64,000 nucleotides of DNA from Longimicrobiales bacterium (GTDB taxonomy: Bacteria; Gemmatimonadota; Gemmatimonadetes; Longimicrobiales; Gaopeijiaceae): positions 2,624,001 to 2,688,000 of the forward strand of contig CBDBCF010000001.1 in the NCBI GenBank assembly GCA_965202985.1, written 5' to 3'. The notes beneath the pieces were generated by a model. The model made no database searches. It worked only from the letters and a program-made list of their open reading frames with translations, and was not told where the DNA came from. The number at the start of each line of letters is the position of its first letter. Within the stretch, counting starts at the first letter, position 1. Both the position numbers and the translations under genes were made by a program. Below are positions 35,813 to 45,662 of this stretch, piece by piece.

Positions 35813-36667
35813 GAACCTATCTCAAAAACATGAGGTGGTTGCCGAGCACCGTGGAAATGGGTACCTTCGGGCATGATGCACGTGAAGCTGAGCGACGAGC
35901 AGTGGGAGCGGATTCGCCACCACTTCCCGGAGGAGTCCAAGCCGAAGGGAGGACGGGGGCGGCCGATGGTGCCGGCCCGGCGCGTCTTCGAGGCGGTGCT
36001 GTGGATTCTGCACACCGGCGCGCAGTGGAGCTTTCTTCCGCAGTGCTATCCCAACTACAAGACCGTTCACCGGAGATTTCAGGCCTGGGTACGGACGGGC
36101 GTGCTCGACTCCGTGCTCGAGGACTTGGCGGGGGAAGCGAAGCAGCGGGGGCTGTTCGACGGCTCGGAGGCGTACGTCGACGCGTCGTTCGCTCGGGCGA
36201 AGGGCGGCGGCGCGGGCGTGGGGAACACCAAGGCGGGCAAGGGCGTGAAGATCATGGCGATCGTGGACCGCTGCGGGCTTCCGCTGTCGTTGAGCACGCA
36301 TGCTGCGAGCCCGCACGAGTCGACGCTGGTGCAGCTGTCGCTGGACTTGTCGTTCGCGGAGGACGCGCCTGCGAACCTGATCGGCGACAAGGCGTACGAC
36401 AGCGATCCTCTGGACGCCGCGTTGCGGGAGCGGGGCGTGGAGATGATCGCGCCGCACCGCCGCAACCGGCGGCGGCCGCGGACGCAGGACGGTCGTCGGC
36501 TGCGCCGGGCGAAGCGCCGGTGGATCGTCGAGCGGTTCTTCGGCTGGATGCAGTGGAAGCGCCGTCTTCTGGTCCGCTGGGAGTATCATCCGGAGAACTT
36601 TCTGGCGTTCGTCCAGCTGTCCGCGATCTGCATGTTCTTCAAGCATCTCGGTTTTTGAGACAGGTTC
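35813..36667 (+). mobile_element. IS5-family (IS427-like) insertion sequence in a CTAG target
   Basis: CTAGAACCTATCTCAAAAAC (35810-35829) and GTTTTTGAGACAGGTTCTAG (36651-36670) are inverted repeats, 19/20 including target bases; TA duplicated on both sides within CTAG. Confidence 0.92.
35873..36658 (+). CDS. IS5-family DDE transposase, single intact ORF
   Basis: LSDEQWERI, GRP, LWILHTGAQW..LP..YP..KTVHRRFQAW, YVDAS, IGDKAYDS, RWIVERFFGW. Confidence 0.95.
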   Translation: MMHVKLSDEQWERIRHHFPEESKPKGGRGRPMVPARRVFEAVLWILHTGAQWSFLPQCYPNYKTVHRRFQAWVRTGVLDSVLEDLAGEAKQRGLFDGSEAYVDASFARAKGGGAGVGNTKAGKGVKIMAIVDRCGLPLSLSTHAASPHESTLVQLSLDLSFAEDAPANLIGDKAYDSDPLDAALRERGVEMIAPHRRNRRRPRTQDGRRLRRAKRRWIVERFFGWMQWKRRLLVRWEYHPENFLAFVQLSAICMFFKHLGF

Positions 36668-36708
36668 TAGTCTGGGATTCCTCTTCGAGAAACCAGGAGA
36701 CGTGATTC

Positions 36709-37908
36709 GTGTTGCGTCGCTACCGCTTGGTTGGCTGGTTCGTTGCGGCCGCCCTAATGGCTGGGGAGCCGACCTTCGCCCAGGTGCCGGCCACTTCAGA
36801 GTCCATCGGCCCCATGGTGTGGCCTCAAGTAACGGTCGATACGTTGCACCACCGGTGGAACCGAGTGCGCTACAACGACGCTCCCTTGTTTCGGCCCACC
36901 GTGTTGCTCGTGACGAGTTGGGGCGAAGTGTGGACCACGGACGTAGGGGACCGGGCCGTGTACAGATGGTCCATCGACGGGAAAGAACTGCCCCCGGTCG
37001 GTAGATCTGGAATCGGCCCCGGCGAGTACCTGCGCCCCGGCGTGCTGGTGGAGCTGGACGCCGATTCGGTTGGCGTATGGGATCGCCAGTTGCAGCGACT
37101 GAGCTTCTTCGGCAAGAACGGAGAGTTTCTCAGCTACCGCGAAATCGCGTTGACAATCGATTCGCATGGCTTCATGAATGCGGTAGGGTTTCGCAACGAT
37201 ACGACGATAGTCATGACGGCCAACTATACCGGCCCTGCGCCCAGTCCTCTCGACAATCGAGCTATGTTTTGGAGGTTCGTCAGTACTGGACCAAGGGCAG
37301 ATTCGTTGCTGGCTATGCCGGGGACTCGCATGACCGTCTTTCGACAGGACGGTTATGCGACGCGCTATCTCTCACCATTCACACCTCATGCGTACGCTTT
37401 CTTTGGCTTGCCAGGTCGCGTTCTTGTTGGTTACGGCGGTCACGACGAGATCACGGTGTACGACTACGACATGACTCGCATTGCCACGGTCGGCCTTGAC
37501 CTTCCGTCGCTTTCCGTCACAGGACAAGACAAGAAAGCCTTCGCGGATTCCTTGTCGAAAGCTCTTGAAGACAACGTGACGCGTTCCGGCGTCGGGCCGT
37601 CGGATCGCACGAGGATGAGAACGATCAACCGTCGGATTGTTCGCGATCTGGATTTCCCGAGTACGCACCCACTCTACGTCGATGCGTTTCTAGGCGTTGA
37701 TCAACTCCTGTGGATCCGGCCGACCGCAAAAACAGACGCGGAGTACCTCGAATGGTGGGGCTACGCAACCGATACATTCCGTCATGAGAGGTCGGTGTAT
37801 CTGCCCAACGACGGAGTGATCCTCAACACGCGTACCGACGGCCGGTCCTTCTTCCTCACCATGCAGGACGAGCTGGGCCGGTCGTACTTGGCAAAATACG
37901 GCACATGA
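36709..37908 (+). CDS. Secreted six-bladed beta-propeller-like protein
   Basis: Signal peptide, VGRSGIGPGEY, VWDRQLQRLSFF...GEFL, D.LLWIR; visibly lower GC than flanks. Confidence 0.7.
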   Translation: MLRRYRLVGWFVAAALMAGEPTFAQVPATSESIGPMVWPQVTVDTLHHRWNRVRYNDAPLFRPTVLLVTSWGEVWTTDVGDRAVYRWSIDGKELPPVGRSGIGPGEYLRPGVLVELDADSVGVWDRQLQRLSFFGKNGEFLSYREIALTIDSHGFMNAVGFRNDTTIVMTANYTGPAPSPLDNRAMFWRFVSTGPRADSLLAMPGTRMTVFRQDGYATRYLSPFTPHAYAFFGLPGRVLVGYGGHDEITVYDYDMTRIATVGLDLPSLSVTGQDKKAFADSLSKALEDNVTRSGVGPSDRTRMRTINRRIVRDLDFPSTHPLYVDAFLGVDQLLWIRPTAKTDAEYLEWWGYATDTFRHERSVYLPNDGVILNTRTDGRSFFLTMQDELGRSYLAKYGT

Positions 37909-38198
37909 TTCAAGTATTCCCGAATACCGGCTCCGTCCACCGAGACGGCAGAAGCATCATCCACGGAGATCCGGGCGACACTCGGATTGGTTGTGTGTCT
38001 GAAGACCGATCCGTAGGAGTGTTGTCCGGCGTGCAGCGCCTGTTGCAGCCCGGGGCCGCCTGTCTTCGATGCCTGTTGCAGCAATTGTTTTCCGACATTC
38101 TGTGCCGCCGAATGTTGCAAGGGTGCAGGGAGTGGGGAAACCAAGATCCTAGCTTTGGCTTAGCGCTAGGCTAGGCTCGGCCAACGAAGCGTGCCCCG

Positions 38199-39572
38199 CT
38201 ACGGACCACCTTCCGCCTGGATTTCGGCCGCCACGGCCTGCACTTCGTCCAGCACCCGCAACAGGTTGCCGCTCCAAAGCATGGCGATCTGCTCTTCGGA
38301 GTATCCGCGGCGCACCAACTCCAAGGTCACGTTGAAGGTCTCGGAGGCGTCGTTCCAGCCGGCCACGCCGCCCCCGCCGTCGAAGTCCGAGCTGATGCCG
38401 ACGTGCTCCAGGCCGATCAGGTTGACCATGTAGTCGATGTGGTCCACGAAGTCGGCCACGTCCACGTCGGACGCCTCGATCTCGTCGAACCGCTCGGACG
38501 CGGCTTCCCGCACCTCGGCCAGCCCCGCCACGTAGGCCGCCCGGTCGGCGTCGTCCATCTCCATCACCTGCTCCCGGCCCAGCACCTCGAAGCCCATCTC
38601 GCTGGCCACGGCCTCCGTCAACTGTTGCTCGGCCGCCTGTCGGGCCTCGGCCTTCTCGGCGTTCACGAACCTGCGAAGCGCCACCGCGTGGACCACGCCT
38701 CCGTTCTCGGCCACGGCGCGCAGCTGCTCGTCGTCCAGGTTGCGCGTCACGTCGCTGATGCCACGGGCGGAGGAGTGCGACGCCATCACCGGCGCCCGGC
38801 TCAGCTCCAGCGTCTGCATGATCGACGCCTTCGACGGGTGCGAAATGTCCACGATGATCCCCAACCGGTTCATCTCCGCGATCGCCTGGCGCCCCAGGTC
38901 GCTCAGCCCGTTGTGGAGCCACTCGCCGGTCGTCTCGCCGTTGTGGGCGTCCGAGAACTGGCTGGGGCCGGTGTGGGCCAGCGACATGTAGCGTCCGCCC
39001 ATCTCGTGGAACTGCTCGATCCGCGACAGGTCCGTGCCCAGGGAATAGGCGTTCTCGATCCCGATCATGGCGACCTTCTTGCCGGACGCCGCGATGCGGC
39101 GCACGTCGTCGGAGGTCAGGGCGAGCTCGATCCGGTCGGGCGCGAACTCCGCGACCAGACGGTGAATTCCCTCGAACTTGTCCATGGCGTTGGCGTAGGC
39201 CGCGGCGTAGCCCTCGTCGTCCAGCGGTCCCTGGGCCGTGTAGACGACCAGCCAGGCCACGTCCAGTCCGCCGGCCTCCATCTTGGGCAAGGTGAGCTGC
39301 GTGGGCAGGTCGGTGGCGTAGTTGCGCTCGGCCGTGAAGTTGGAGGCGTTGATGTCGTCGTGCGTGTCCAGCGTGATCACGCGTTCGTGGATTCCCCGGG
39401 CTCGCTCCTCCAGCGACTCCTCGGACTCCGGGCCGGGCGCGGGCTCGCACGCGAACGCCGCCAGCGCCGGAACGAGGACCAGCAGCGACGGAACCGCGAA
39501 TCGTCGGGACGCAGGCGATCCTTGGGAGGTTTCGGGCCGGGGCTCGGCTGCGCGTACGGGCTCGCTTGTCAT
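38199..39572 (-). CDS. Membrane dipeptidase (M19) lipoprotein
   Basis: LAAFAC lipobox, LDTHDD, IGIENA, MNRLGIIVDISH, ASHS, RNLDDEQ, DHIDY, GISSDFDGGG. Confidence 0.92.
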   Translation of the reverse strand: MTSEPVRAAEPRPETSQGSPASRRFAVPSLLVLVPALAAFACEPAPGPESEESLEERARGIHERVITLDTHDDINASNFTAERNYATDLPTQLTLPKMEAGGLDVAWLVVYTAQGPLDDEGYAAAYANAMDKFEGIHRLVAEFAPDRIELALTSDDVRRIAASGKKVAMIGIENAYSLGTDLSRIEQFHEMGGRYMSLAHTGPSQFSDAHNGETTGEWLHNGLSDLGRQAIAEMNRLGIIVDISHPSKASIMQTLELSRAPVMASHSSARGISDVTRNLDDEQLRAVAENGGVVHAVALRRFVNAEKAEARQAAEQQLTEAVASEMGFEVLGREQVMEMDDADRAAYVAGLAEVREAASERFDEIEASDVDVADFVDHIDYMVNLIGLEHVGISSDFDGGGGVAGWNDASETFNVTLELVRRGYSEEQIAMLWSGNLLRVLDEVQAVAAEIQAEGGP

Positions 39573-39575
39573 CGT

Positions 39576-41474
39576 CTAGTTCTCCTGTGGGTTGTTGGCT
39601 TGCCGGGGGAGGATTCGTCCCACGACCCGTCCTTCCTCGTCCACGATTCCGACGGGCCCGGCGCGAATGTCGTCCACAAACCGGATGCGGGGTCCCTCTC
39701 GAAGAGCGGCGGCGGACTCGGGGGTGGGCAGGCGGTACGGCTCGGCGACGCCGTAGTCGATCTCCGCGTAGCCCAAGTCTTCCATCGACGCGATCGTCAC
39801 CACGCTGAAGGGGTTGGCCACGCCGGGGTTGTAGTAGCCGGTGAGCAGCTCGGAGCCGAAGACGGACTCTCGCCAGTGGCCGTTTCGAGTGCCGCCGCCT
39901 CCCAGGTTTTCCACGGGCACCTTGGCGCCGAGGTAGTCCTCGCCGCCGACCTCGTCGAAGCGGGCGATCGCCTGCGGACCCGTGAAGTGCGTGTCGAACT
40001 CCTCCGACGCTTGAGGCGCCGGGTCTTGAAGCAGTTCCTTGTCGCTCCACAAGGTGCCGATGCCCAGGACGTGGCCCATCTCGTGGACGATCGTGCCCTC
40101 GAACCCATCCAGCGCGACCAGCGGGCCCACGTCTTCCACGTCGAAGACCATGACGCCGGCCAGCGGGAGGCCGTCGGACCGGCGCACGAAGCACGGGCCG
40201 GCGAAGCCCAGAACGCCGCCCGACCCGTCGATCTCGCCCACGTTGGCGTAGATGATCAGGTCGTCCACGACCTGCAGGGGCGGATGGTCCACGTCCTCGG
40301 CGCAGTCGCTCAGCACCTGCCCCGGCATGGGCACGGGAGACAGGTTGCCGCCGATGACCGCCTCCCAGGTGGCCTCGGCTTCAGCGAACAGCCGGACCAA
40401 GTTGTCGTCGAGATGCGACTCGGGCGCGTGAACCAGCACGATGTCGAAGAACTGGGCAACGGAGGTGGCGTTGAAGGTCACCGAACGGCCGACGAACCCG
40501 GGGGGACCCGAGACCGTGGTCGCTGTGGCGGTCTGGGCGGCGCCCTCTTCGGGTCCGGCGAACCATGCCGCCACCGACGCCAAGCCGTCTTGACCCGTGG
40601 TTTGCTCGCCCCCCAGGATCGCCCCGTCTCCGCCGGTCACCTCGAACAGGATGTCCACGCCGGGCACGCCGTTTCCGTATGCGTCCAATACGCGAACTTC
40701 CGGCCTGACGGCGGCTGGCGACTCTACCTCGATCTCCTGTCCGTCGCCCCGAGACGCTTCGAGGACCATGGGCGGCCCCGACCGGGCGACGGCTTGGAAG
40801 ACGGCGGGGTTGCCTTCGATGGCGCCGCCGGCGACGGCTGCAATCAGCTCCTGGACGCCGGACTTGGTGCCCAGGGTCCAGCGTCCCACCGCGGCCCGTC
40901 CGTCGGCGCCCGTCCGCGCCTCGGCGCCCGTCACGAACCCGGACGTGGCCAGGAACGTCACGGGCAGGTTCGCCACCGGGGCGCCGGCCGCGTTGAGCAC
41001 CCGCACCGTCGGGGGAACCTCGACGTCGGTGCCCACTTCCGCCTCCTGTCCGGCGCCGGCCACGGCCTCCAGCAGCGCGGGGATGTCGGTCGCCGTGGCC
41101 GTGAAGACGGCGGGCGGCAGCTCCGCGACCGTGGCCATGACCTGCTGCTCCCCGAGTGCGTCGCCCAGCGTCCAGGGGCCGGCGGAGGCGACCCCCTGGC
41201 CGTCCGTGACCGCGCTGGAGGCAACGACGGCGCCGGAGCCGGGGCCAGCCTGGAACTGCACCGGGACGCCCTGCACGGGGAGCCCCGTCTGGCCGATGAC
41301 GCGCACGCGCGGATCGAGGGCCAGCTCGGCGCCAATCTGGCCGGTCTGGTTGTTCCCCGACTCGACCACAACGGCCACAGGCTTGGTCGGGTCCAGCGCC
41401 GCCGGGTCTTCTTCGCAGCCCGCTGCCCCCAACGCGACGCACGCCGCGGCCACGGCCTTCCAGGACGTGCTCAT
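39576..41474 (-). CDS. Lipoprotein with three Ig-like repeats and a leishmanolysin (M8)-like zinc metallopeptidase domain
   Basis: LGAAGC lipobox; three G..Q...G...P.VRV...G.PV..V.V.F...T..DG.A...W repeats; IDGSGGVLGFAGPC, HEMGH, GGGTRNGHWRESVFGSELLTG. Confidence 0.85.
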   Translation of the reverse strand: MSTSWKAVAAACVALGAAGCEEDPAALDPTKPVAVVVESGNNQTGQIGAELALDPRVRVIGQTGLPVQGVPVQFQAGPGSGAVVASSAVTDGQGVASAGPWTLGDALGEQQVMATVAELPPAVFTATATDIPALLEAVAGAGQEAEVGTDVEVPPTVRVLNAAGAPVANLPVTFLATSGFVTGAEARTGADGRAAVGRWTLGTKSGVQELIAAVAGGAIEGNPAVFQAVARSGPPMVLEASRGDGQEIEVESPAAVRPEVRVLDAYGNGVPGVDILFEVTGGDGAILGGEQTTGQDGLASVAAWFAGPEEGAAQTATATTVSGPPGFVGRSVTFNATSVAQFFDIVLVHAPESHLDDNLVRLFAEAEATWEAVIGGNLSPVPMPGQVLSDCAEDVDHPPLQVVDDLIIYANVGEIDGSGGVLGFAGPCFVRRSDGLPLAGVMVFDVEDVGPLVALDGFEGTIVHEMGHVLGIGTLWSDKELLQDPAPQASEEFDTHFTGPQAIARFDEVGGEDYLGAKVPVENLGGGGTRNGHWRESVFGSELLTGYYNPGVANPFSVVTIASMEDLGYAEIDYGVAEPYRLPTPESAAALREGPRIRFVDDIRAGPVGIVDEEGRVVGRILPRQANNPQEN

Positions 41475-43414
41475 GGCGAGCCTCCTTCCGGATTATCGGG
41501 TTCGAAGACGCGGATCACGGCGCCGCTCGCGTCCACGATCCGGCGCGTCACCGGCAAGCCGTCTCCGTGGAAGTGGAAGCGCGCGGCGAGGGCGGCGGAC
41601 GCGGCCGAGGGGCCGGCGGGTTCCGGCAGAACGTATTCGTCCGCAGCTCGGGAGCTCACTCCCCGGTAGCCCATGTCCACGAGCGCGCCCAGGGTCACCA
41701 GGCTCAGGGGGTTGTCGTCGGGCGCGAATGCCAAGCTCATGAGTTCGAGGCCGAACACCGAGCCGCGCCAGTGCATGGCCTGCGGCGTCACGGCCTCGTC
41801 CAGGGGCACCTTGGGGCCGTCGTAGGCGGTGCCGCCCACGATGTCGAACAGCGTGGTGGCCAGTCGCCCGGTGAAGACGGGCCCGAGTTCGTCCGAGTCC
41901 AGCAGCTCGGCGAAGTCCCAAAGCGAGGTCGCGCCGAACCCCAAGGCGTGGCCCAGGAGGTGCAGGGCGACGGCGTCGAGGAGCCCGATCTCGGCCAGGA
42001 CGTCCACGTCGGCTTCGTCGAACTGGACAACGGAGACGGTGGGGAGGACCGTGCCTCCGCGGTTCGCGGCCCAACACCAGGACGACCGGCCGGGCAAGCC
42101 GCCGGGACCGTCGACCTCGCCTACGATCGCAAGGACCATCAGGTCGTCGAAGGGGACGGTCGCGCGAAAGCGGTAGTCGTAGCCGGCGTCCGGCGGCACG
42201 CAGCGCTCCAAGTTGTTCCGCGTGGTGAAGAAGCTGGGGACGTCGCCGTTGATCGCCGTCTCCCAGCGCGTCTTGGCTGTCTCCATGGCCGTGCGGACCA
42301 GCGGGTCCGTCTCCGGGGTCTCGGGGTACGCCAGCCAGAGGTCGAAGTCCGCTTCCTCGGGCGCGACCGCGAGCTTGGCGGAGGCGCCGCTGATGTCGTA
42401 GCCGACCGACAGCACCGTGACGGACAACGCGTTCTCGTCGCCTATGTCGCGCCCCAACGTCCAGCTGTCGACGACCGCGGTGCCCGTTTCGTCGGTGTAC
42501 GAGGGCGCGTCGCCCACGATCCCGCCGCCGGACAGCACCTTGAAGCCGACGGCGACGTGGGGCACGCCGTTGCCGTACGCGTCGGTGATGCGAACCGTGG
42601 GCGGCGGAAGGTATCTGCGACCCGCCTCGGGGGCCGACGGGGAAGGCGCCACCTCCATGCGGCGGGGCGGGCTGGGCACGGCGAGGGCCCGGAACACCGC
42701 CGGGTTGCCTTCCACGGCGCTGCCCGCGACCGCCGCGACCACCTCTTGCGGGCCGGATCGGGTTCCCAGCGTCCAGCTGCCGGCGGCGGCATGGCCCCGT
42801 TCGTCGGTGAAGACGCGGGGCGTGCCGATGGCTCCTTGGCTGGCGGCGAACGTTACGGGTACGAACGCCATGGGTTGGCCCTTGTCGTTCAATACCCGCA
42901 CCTCGGGCGCCGCCGGCAAGCGCGTGCCGACTTCGCCGGTGGCCCCGTCTCCCGACACGACTTCCAGCGCGGCGGGCATACCGGACGCGCCCGCCTGGAA
43001 CACGACCGTGCCCAGGCCGGTTGCCGACGCTTCCAACCGCTGCGGTCCCTCTTGGCCCAGCGTCCAGCGACCCGCGGACGCGACGCCGTCGCTCCCGGTC
43101 GCGGCGGAAGGCGCCTCGACGCTGCCGCCCCCTTCCACGACCTGGAACGCGACCTGAACGCCCGCCACGCCAGTTCCCGTCTCGCCGACCACGCGGACTT
43201 GGGGCGCCGCTTCCACGGGCGTCCCGGCTTCGGCGACCTGGCCGTCCCCAGCGTGGAGCACCATGGCGACCGGGTTCCGGGGGTTCGGCGCCGTGGCCGA
43301 TTCGCAAGCTGCCAGTCCCAGGAGAAGCCAAGCCAGCCTTCGCGGGACGCCTCTGGGGTCGGCTTCTTTTCGCGGCGAAGCTTCTCCCCGCCGCGAAATC
43401 GTACGATTCTTCAT
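41471..43414 (-). CDS. Paralogous Ig-like/M8-like lipoprotein lacking the catalytic glutamate
   Basis: GGAGG RBS, LAAC lipobox, same three repeats; HLLGH instead of HExxH; HWRGSVFGLELMS retained; ATGA overlap with the downstream paralogue. Confidence 0.8.
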   Translation of the reverse strand: MKNRTISRRGEASPRKEADPRGVPRRLAWLLLGLAACESATAPNPRNPVAMVLHAGDGQVAEAGTPVEAAPQVRVVGETGTGVAGVQVAFQVVEGGGSVEAPSAATGSDGVASAGRWTLGQEGPQRLEASATGLGTVVFQAGASGMPAALEVVSGDGATGEVGTRLPAAPEVRVLNDKGQPMAFVPVTFAASQGAIGTPRVFTDERGHAAAGSWTLGTRSGPQEVVAAVAGSAVEGNPAVFRALAVPSPPRRMEVAPSPSAPEAGRRYLPPPTVRITDAYGNGVPHVAVGFKVLSGGGIVGDAPSYTDETGTAVVDSWTLGRDIGDENALSVTVLSVGYDISGASAKLAVAPEEADFDLWLAYPETPETDPLVRTAMETAKTRWETAINGDVPSFFTTRNNLERCVPPDAGYDYRFRATVPFDDLMVLAIVGEVDGPGGLPGRSSWCWAANRGGTVLPTVSVVQFDEADVDVLAEIGLLDAVALHLLGHALGFGATSLWDFAELLDSDELGPVFTGRLATTLFDIVGGTAYDGPKVPLDEAVTPQAMHWRGSVFGLELMSLAFAPDDNPLSLVTLGALVDMGYRGVSSRAADEYVLPEPAGPSAASAALAARFHFHGDGLPVTRRIVDASGAVIRVFEPDNPEGGSP

Positions 43415-43538
43415 GCCGCCTCCGACGAGTTGACCCGTTCGACCATTGCCAAGCCCTGGCGAACCGACAATATCGGGCGGGCAGGCCGGAGGCACAACCT
43501 TGCACAACCCGCACCGCCAACACACCAAGGGAGCGCCG

Positions 43539-44069
43539 TTGACGACCAGCCATCTGTTGCTTCGCCTTCTGGACCTGACGCTGCTGGGCGTGCACGGTTC
43601 GCTGGTGATCTTCAACGCAAGCGGCTGGGCTTGGAAACGAACTCGGCGGCTTCACTTGTGGACCGCGTCCGCGACGGTCGCGTCGTGGTTCGGGCTGGGG
43701 GCGGCGTTCGGCTGGGGCTACTGTCCCTTGACCGACTGGCACTGGCGAATAAAGGCAGCGCTGGGAGAGACGGGGCTTCCCGCCTCGTGGGTGAAGTACT
43801 ACCTGGATCGGCTCACGGGCATGTCGTGGGACCCGACGGTGGTCGACGCCGTCGTGGGCACGACGGGGGCTGTCGCCCTGGCCCTGGCCGTGGCGCTCGC
43901 GGCGCGGGACCGCATCGTCGGGCAAGTCCCGGCCCCGCGCCCTGCCACGCCCCCGCGCACGTCGGAGCGGCTCGGCCGGTCGGGGTTGCGCCGGAACGCC
44001 GGAATCGGGAAGGTCCAAGCGCGCCGAGCGGTGCCGACGGCGCCCACTTCAGACGCGGAGGAAGAATGA
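43539..44069 (+). CDS. DUF2784-family membrane protein
   Basis: AAGGGAG RBS then TTG; H..LVIFN..GW, RRLHL, SWFGLG...GWGYCPLTDWHW. Confidence 0.75.
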   Translation: MTTSHLLLRLLDLTLLGVHGSLVIFNASGWAWKRTRRLHLWTASATVASWFGLGAAFGWGYCPLTDWHWRIKAALGETGLPASWVKYYLDRLTGMSWDPTVVDAVVGTTGAVALALAVALAARDRIVGQVPAPRPATPPRTSERLGRSGLRRNAGIGKVQARRAVPTAPTSDAEEE

Positions 44070-45610
44070 AGCAGGCTTGGAGAGTCGTGCCGCTGTGCGG
44101 CGTTCTGTTGCTGGCGGGGTCGCGGGCCGGGACCGCGCAACCGGCCTCGGAGATGGGCCCGGAGCCGGGCTGGTCCCGCTGGGAAAGCAGCCACTCGATC
44201 GTCGTGGGCGGCGAGACGGTCTCGTACGACGCACTGATCGCGAGCACCGTGCTGGCGGATGCCCAGGACGAGCCCGCAGCCGAACTCTTCTACACGGCCT
44301 ACTTCCGCACCAACGGTGCGCCGTCCCGGGACCGACCCCTGATCTTCGCCTACAACGGCGGGCCGGGTTCGGCCTCGTTCTGGCTGCACATGGGGATCAT
44401 GGGCCCTCGTCGGGTCGTCACTCCCGAGGTCGGCCCCCAGGGAGCGCCGCCGTATCCGCTGGAGGACAACGCCTACACGGTGCTGGACAAGGCCGACATC
44501 GTCATGGTGGACCCGATCGGCACCGGGTTCAGCCGGCCCTTGGGCGACACGCCGGGCGCCGACTTCTGGGGCATCGACGAGGACGCCCGCTCGCTGGCCC
44601 AGTTCGTGCGGCGCTTCCTGAGCGAGCACGACCGCTGGAACTCCCCCCGATACCTGCTGGGCGAGAGCTACGGCACCACCCGCTCGGCCGTGCTGGCCCG
44701 CCACCTCCAGCGCGCCAACATCGACCTCAACGGAATCGTGCTGGTGTCGTCGGTCCTCCAGTTCAACACGATCCAGTTCGCGCCCGGCGACGACCTGCCC
44801 TACATCGTGAACCTGCCGTCGTACGCCGTGACCGCCCGGTACCTGGACGCCCTTCCCGACGGCCAGCCGGAGGACATGGAGGCGTTCATGGCGGAAGTGG
44901 AGGAGTGGTCGCTCACCGAGTACGCCACCGCGCTGCTGGCGGGGACTACGTTGGACTCGATCACGCGCGCCCGCGTTGCGGACCGGATGCACCGCTACAC
45001 CGGCCTGAGCCGCGACTTCGTCGAGAAGTCCGACCTGCGCGTGACCGCCCCCGCCTTCGAGGCCGAGCTGCTGCGCGACCAGGGCAAGGTCGTGGGCCGA
45101 CTGGACTCCCGCTTCGTCGGTCCCGCCGGCGATGTGCTGGGCGGCCGTCCGTCCCACGATCCCCAATCCACCGCGATCAGCTCGGCGTACACGTCGGCGT
45201 TCAACAGCTACGTCCGCGCCGAACTGGGCTACGACGGCGACCGGGAGTACGTGCCCAGCGGCGGAGTCCGAGACTGGAACTGGGGGCGCGCGGGCGGAGG
45301 GGGCGCCTTCGTGAGGGGCGGCGGCACGCCCAACGTCGCGCCCGACTTGGCCGAAGCGATGAAGCGGAACCCGCGCCTGGAAGTCCTGCTGATCAACGGC
45401 ATCTACGACCTGGCGACGCCCTACTTCGCGGCGGTCTGGACGATCGACCGCATGGGCCTGCCGCCGGAGCTGCGGGCCAAGGTCCACCGCGCCGACTTCG
45501 CCGCCGGGCACATGATGTACGTGGACCAGTCGCTCCTGCCCCAGTGGAAGGAGACCTTGGACGCGTTCATCGACCGGACCTCGAGCGGGACGGCCCCGGT
45601 CTCGGAGTAA
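44066..45610 (+). CDS. Serine carboxypeptidase S10 family
   Basis: FAYNGGPGSAS, VDPIGTGFSR, LLGESYGTTR, GIYDLATP, AAGHMMY; signal peptide. Confidence 0.92.
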   Translation: MKQAWRVVPLCGVLLLAGSRAGTAQPASEMGPEPGWSRWESSHSIVVGGETVSYDALIASTVLADAQDEPAAELFYTAYFRTNGAPSRDRPLIFAYNGGPGSASFWLHMGIMGPRRVVTPEVGPQGAPPYPLEDNAYTVLDKADIVMVDPIGTGFSRPLGDTPGADFWGIDEDARSLAQFVRRFLSEHDRWNSPRYLLGESYGTTRSAVLARHLQRANIDLNGIVLVSSVLQFNTIQFAPGDDLPYIVNLPSYAVTARYLDALPDGQPEDMEAFMAEVEEWSLTEYATALLAGTTLDSITRARVADRMHRYTGLSRDFVEKSDLRVTAPAFEAELLRDQGKVVGRLDSRFVGPAGDVLGGRPSHDPQSTAISSAYTSAFNSYVRAELGYDGDREYVPSGGVRDWNWGRAGGGGAFVRGGGTPNVAPDLAEAMKRNPRLEVLLINGIYDLATPYFAAVWTIDRMGLPPELRAKVHRADFAAGHMMYVDQSLLPQWKETLDAFIDRTSSGTAPVSE

Positions 45611-45662
45611 GGCGGCCCGCCGGCACTCTCGCGACGCAGCGACGCCCGCTCGCGCTCGTTCG

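Noticed and set aside
36651..36700. IS-supplied hybrid promoter (TTGAGA in the right TIR)
   Set aside because: No credible -10 hexamer at 16-18 nt spacing
41567..44065. N-terminal 833 aa of the 1347-aa ORF
   Set aside because: Antisense to the M8-like gene; the S10 peptidase starts at ATG 44066 after GGAGG
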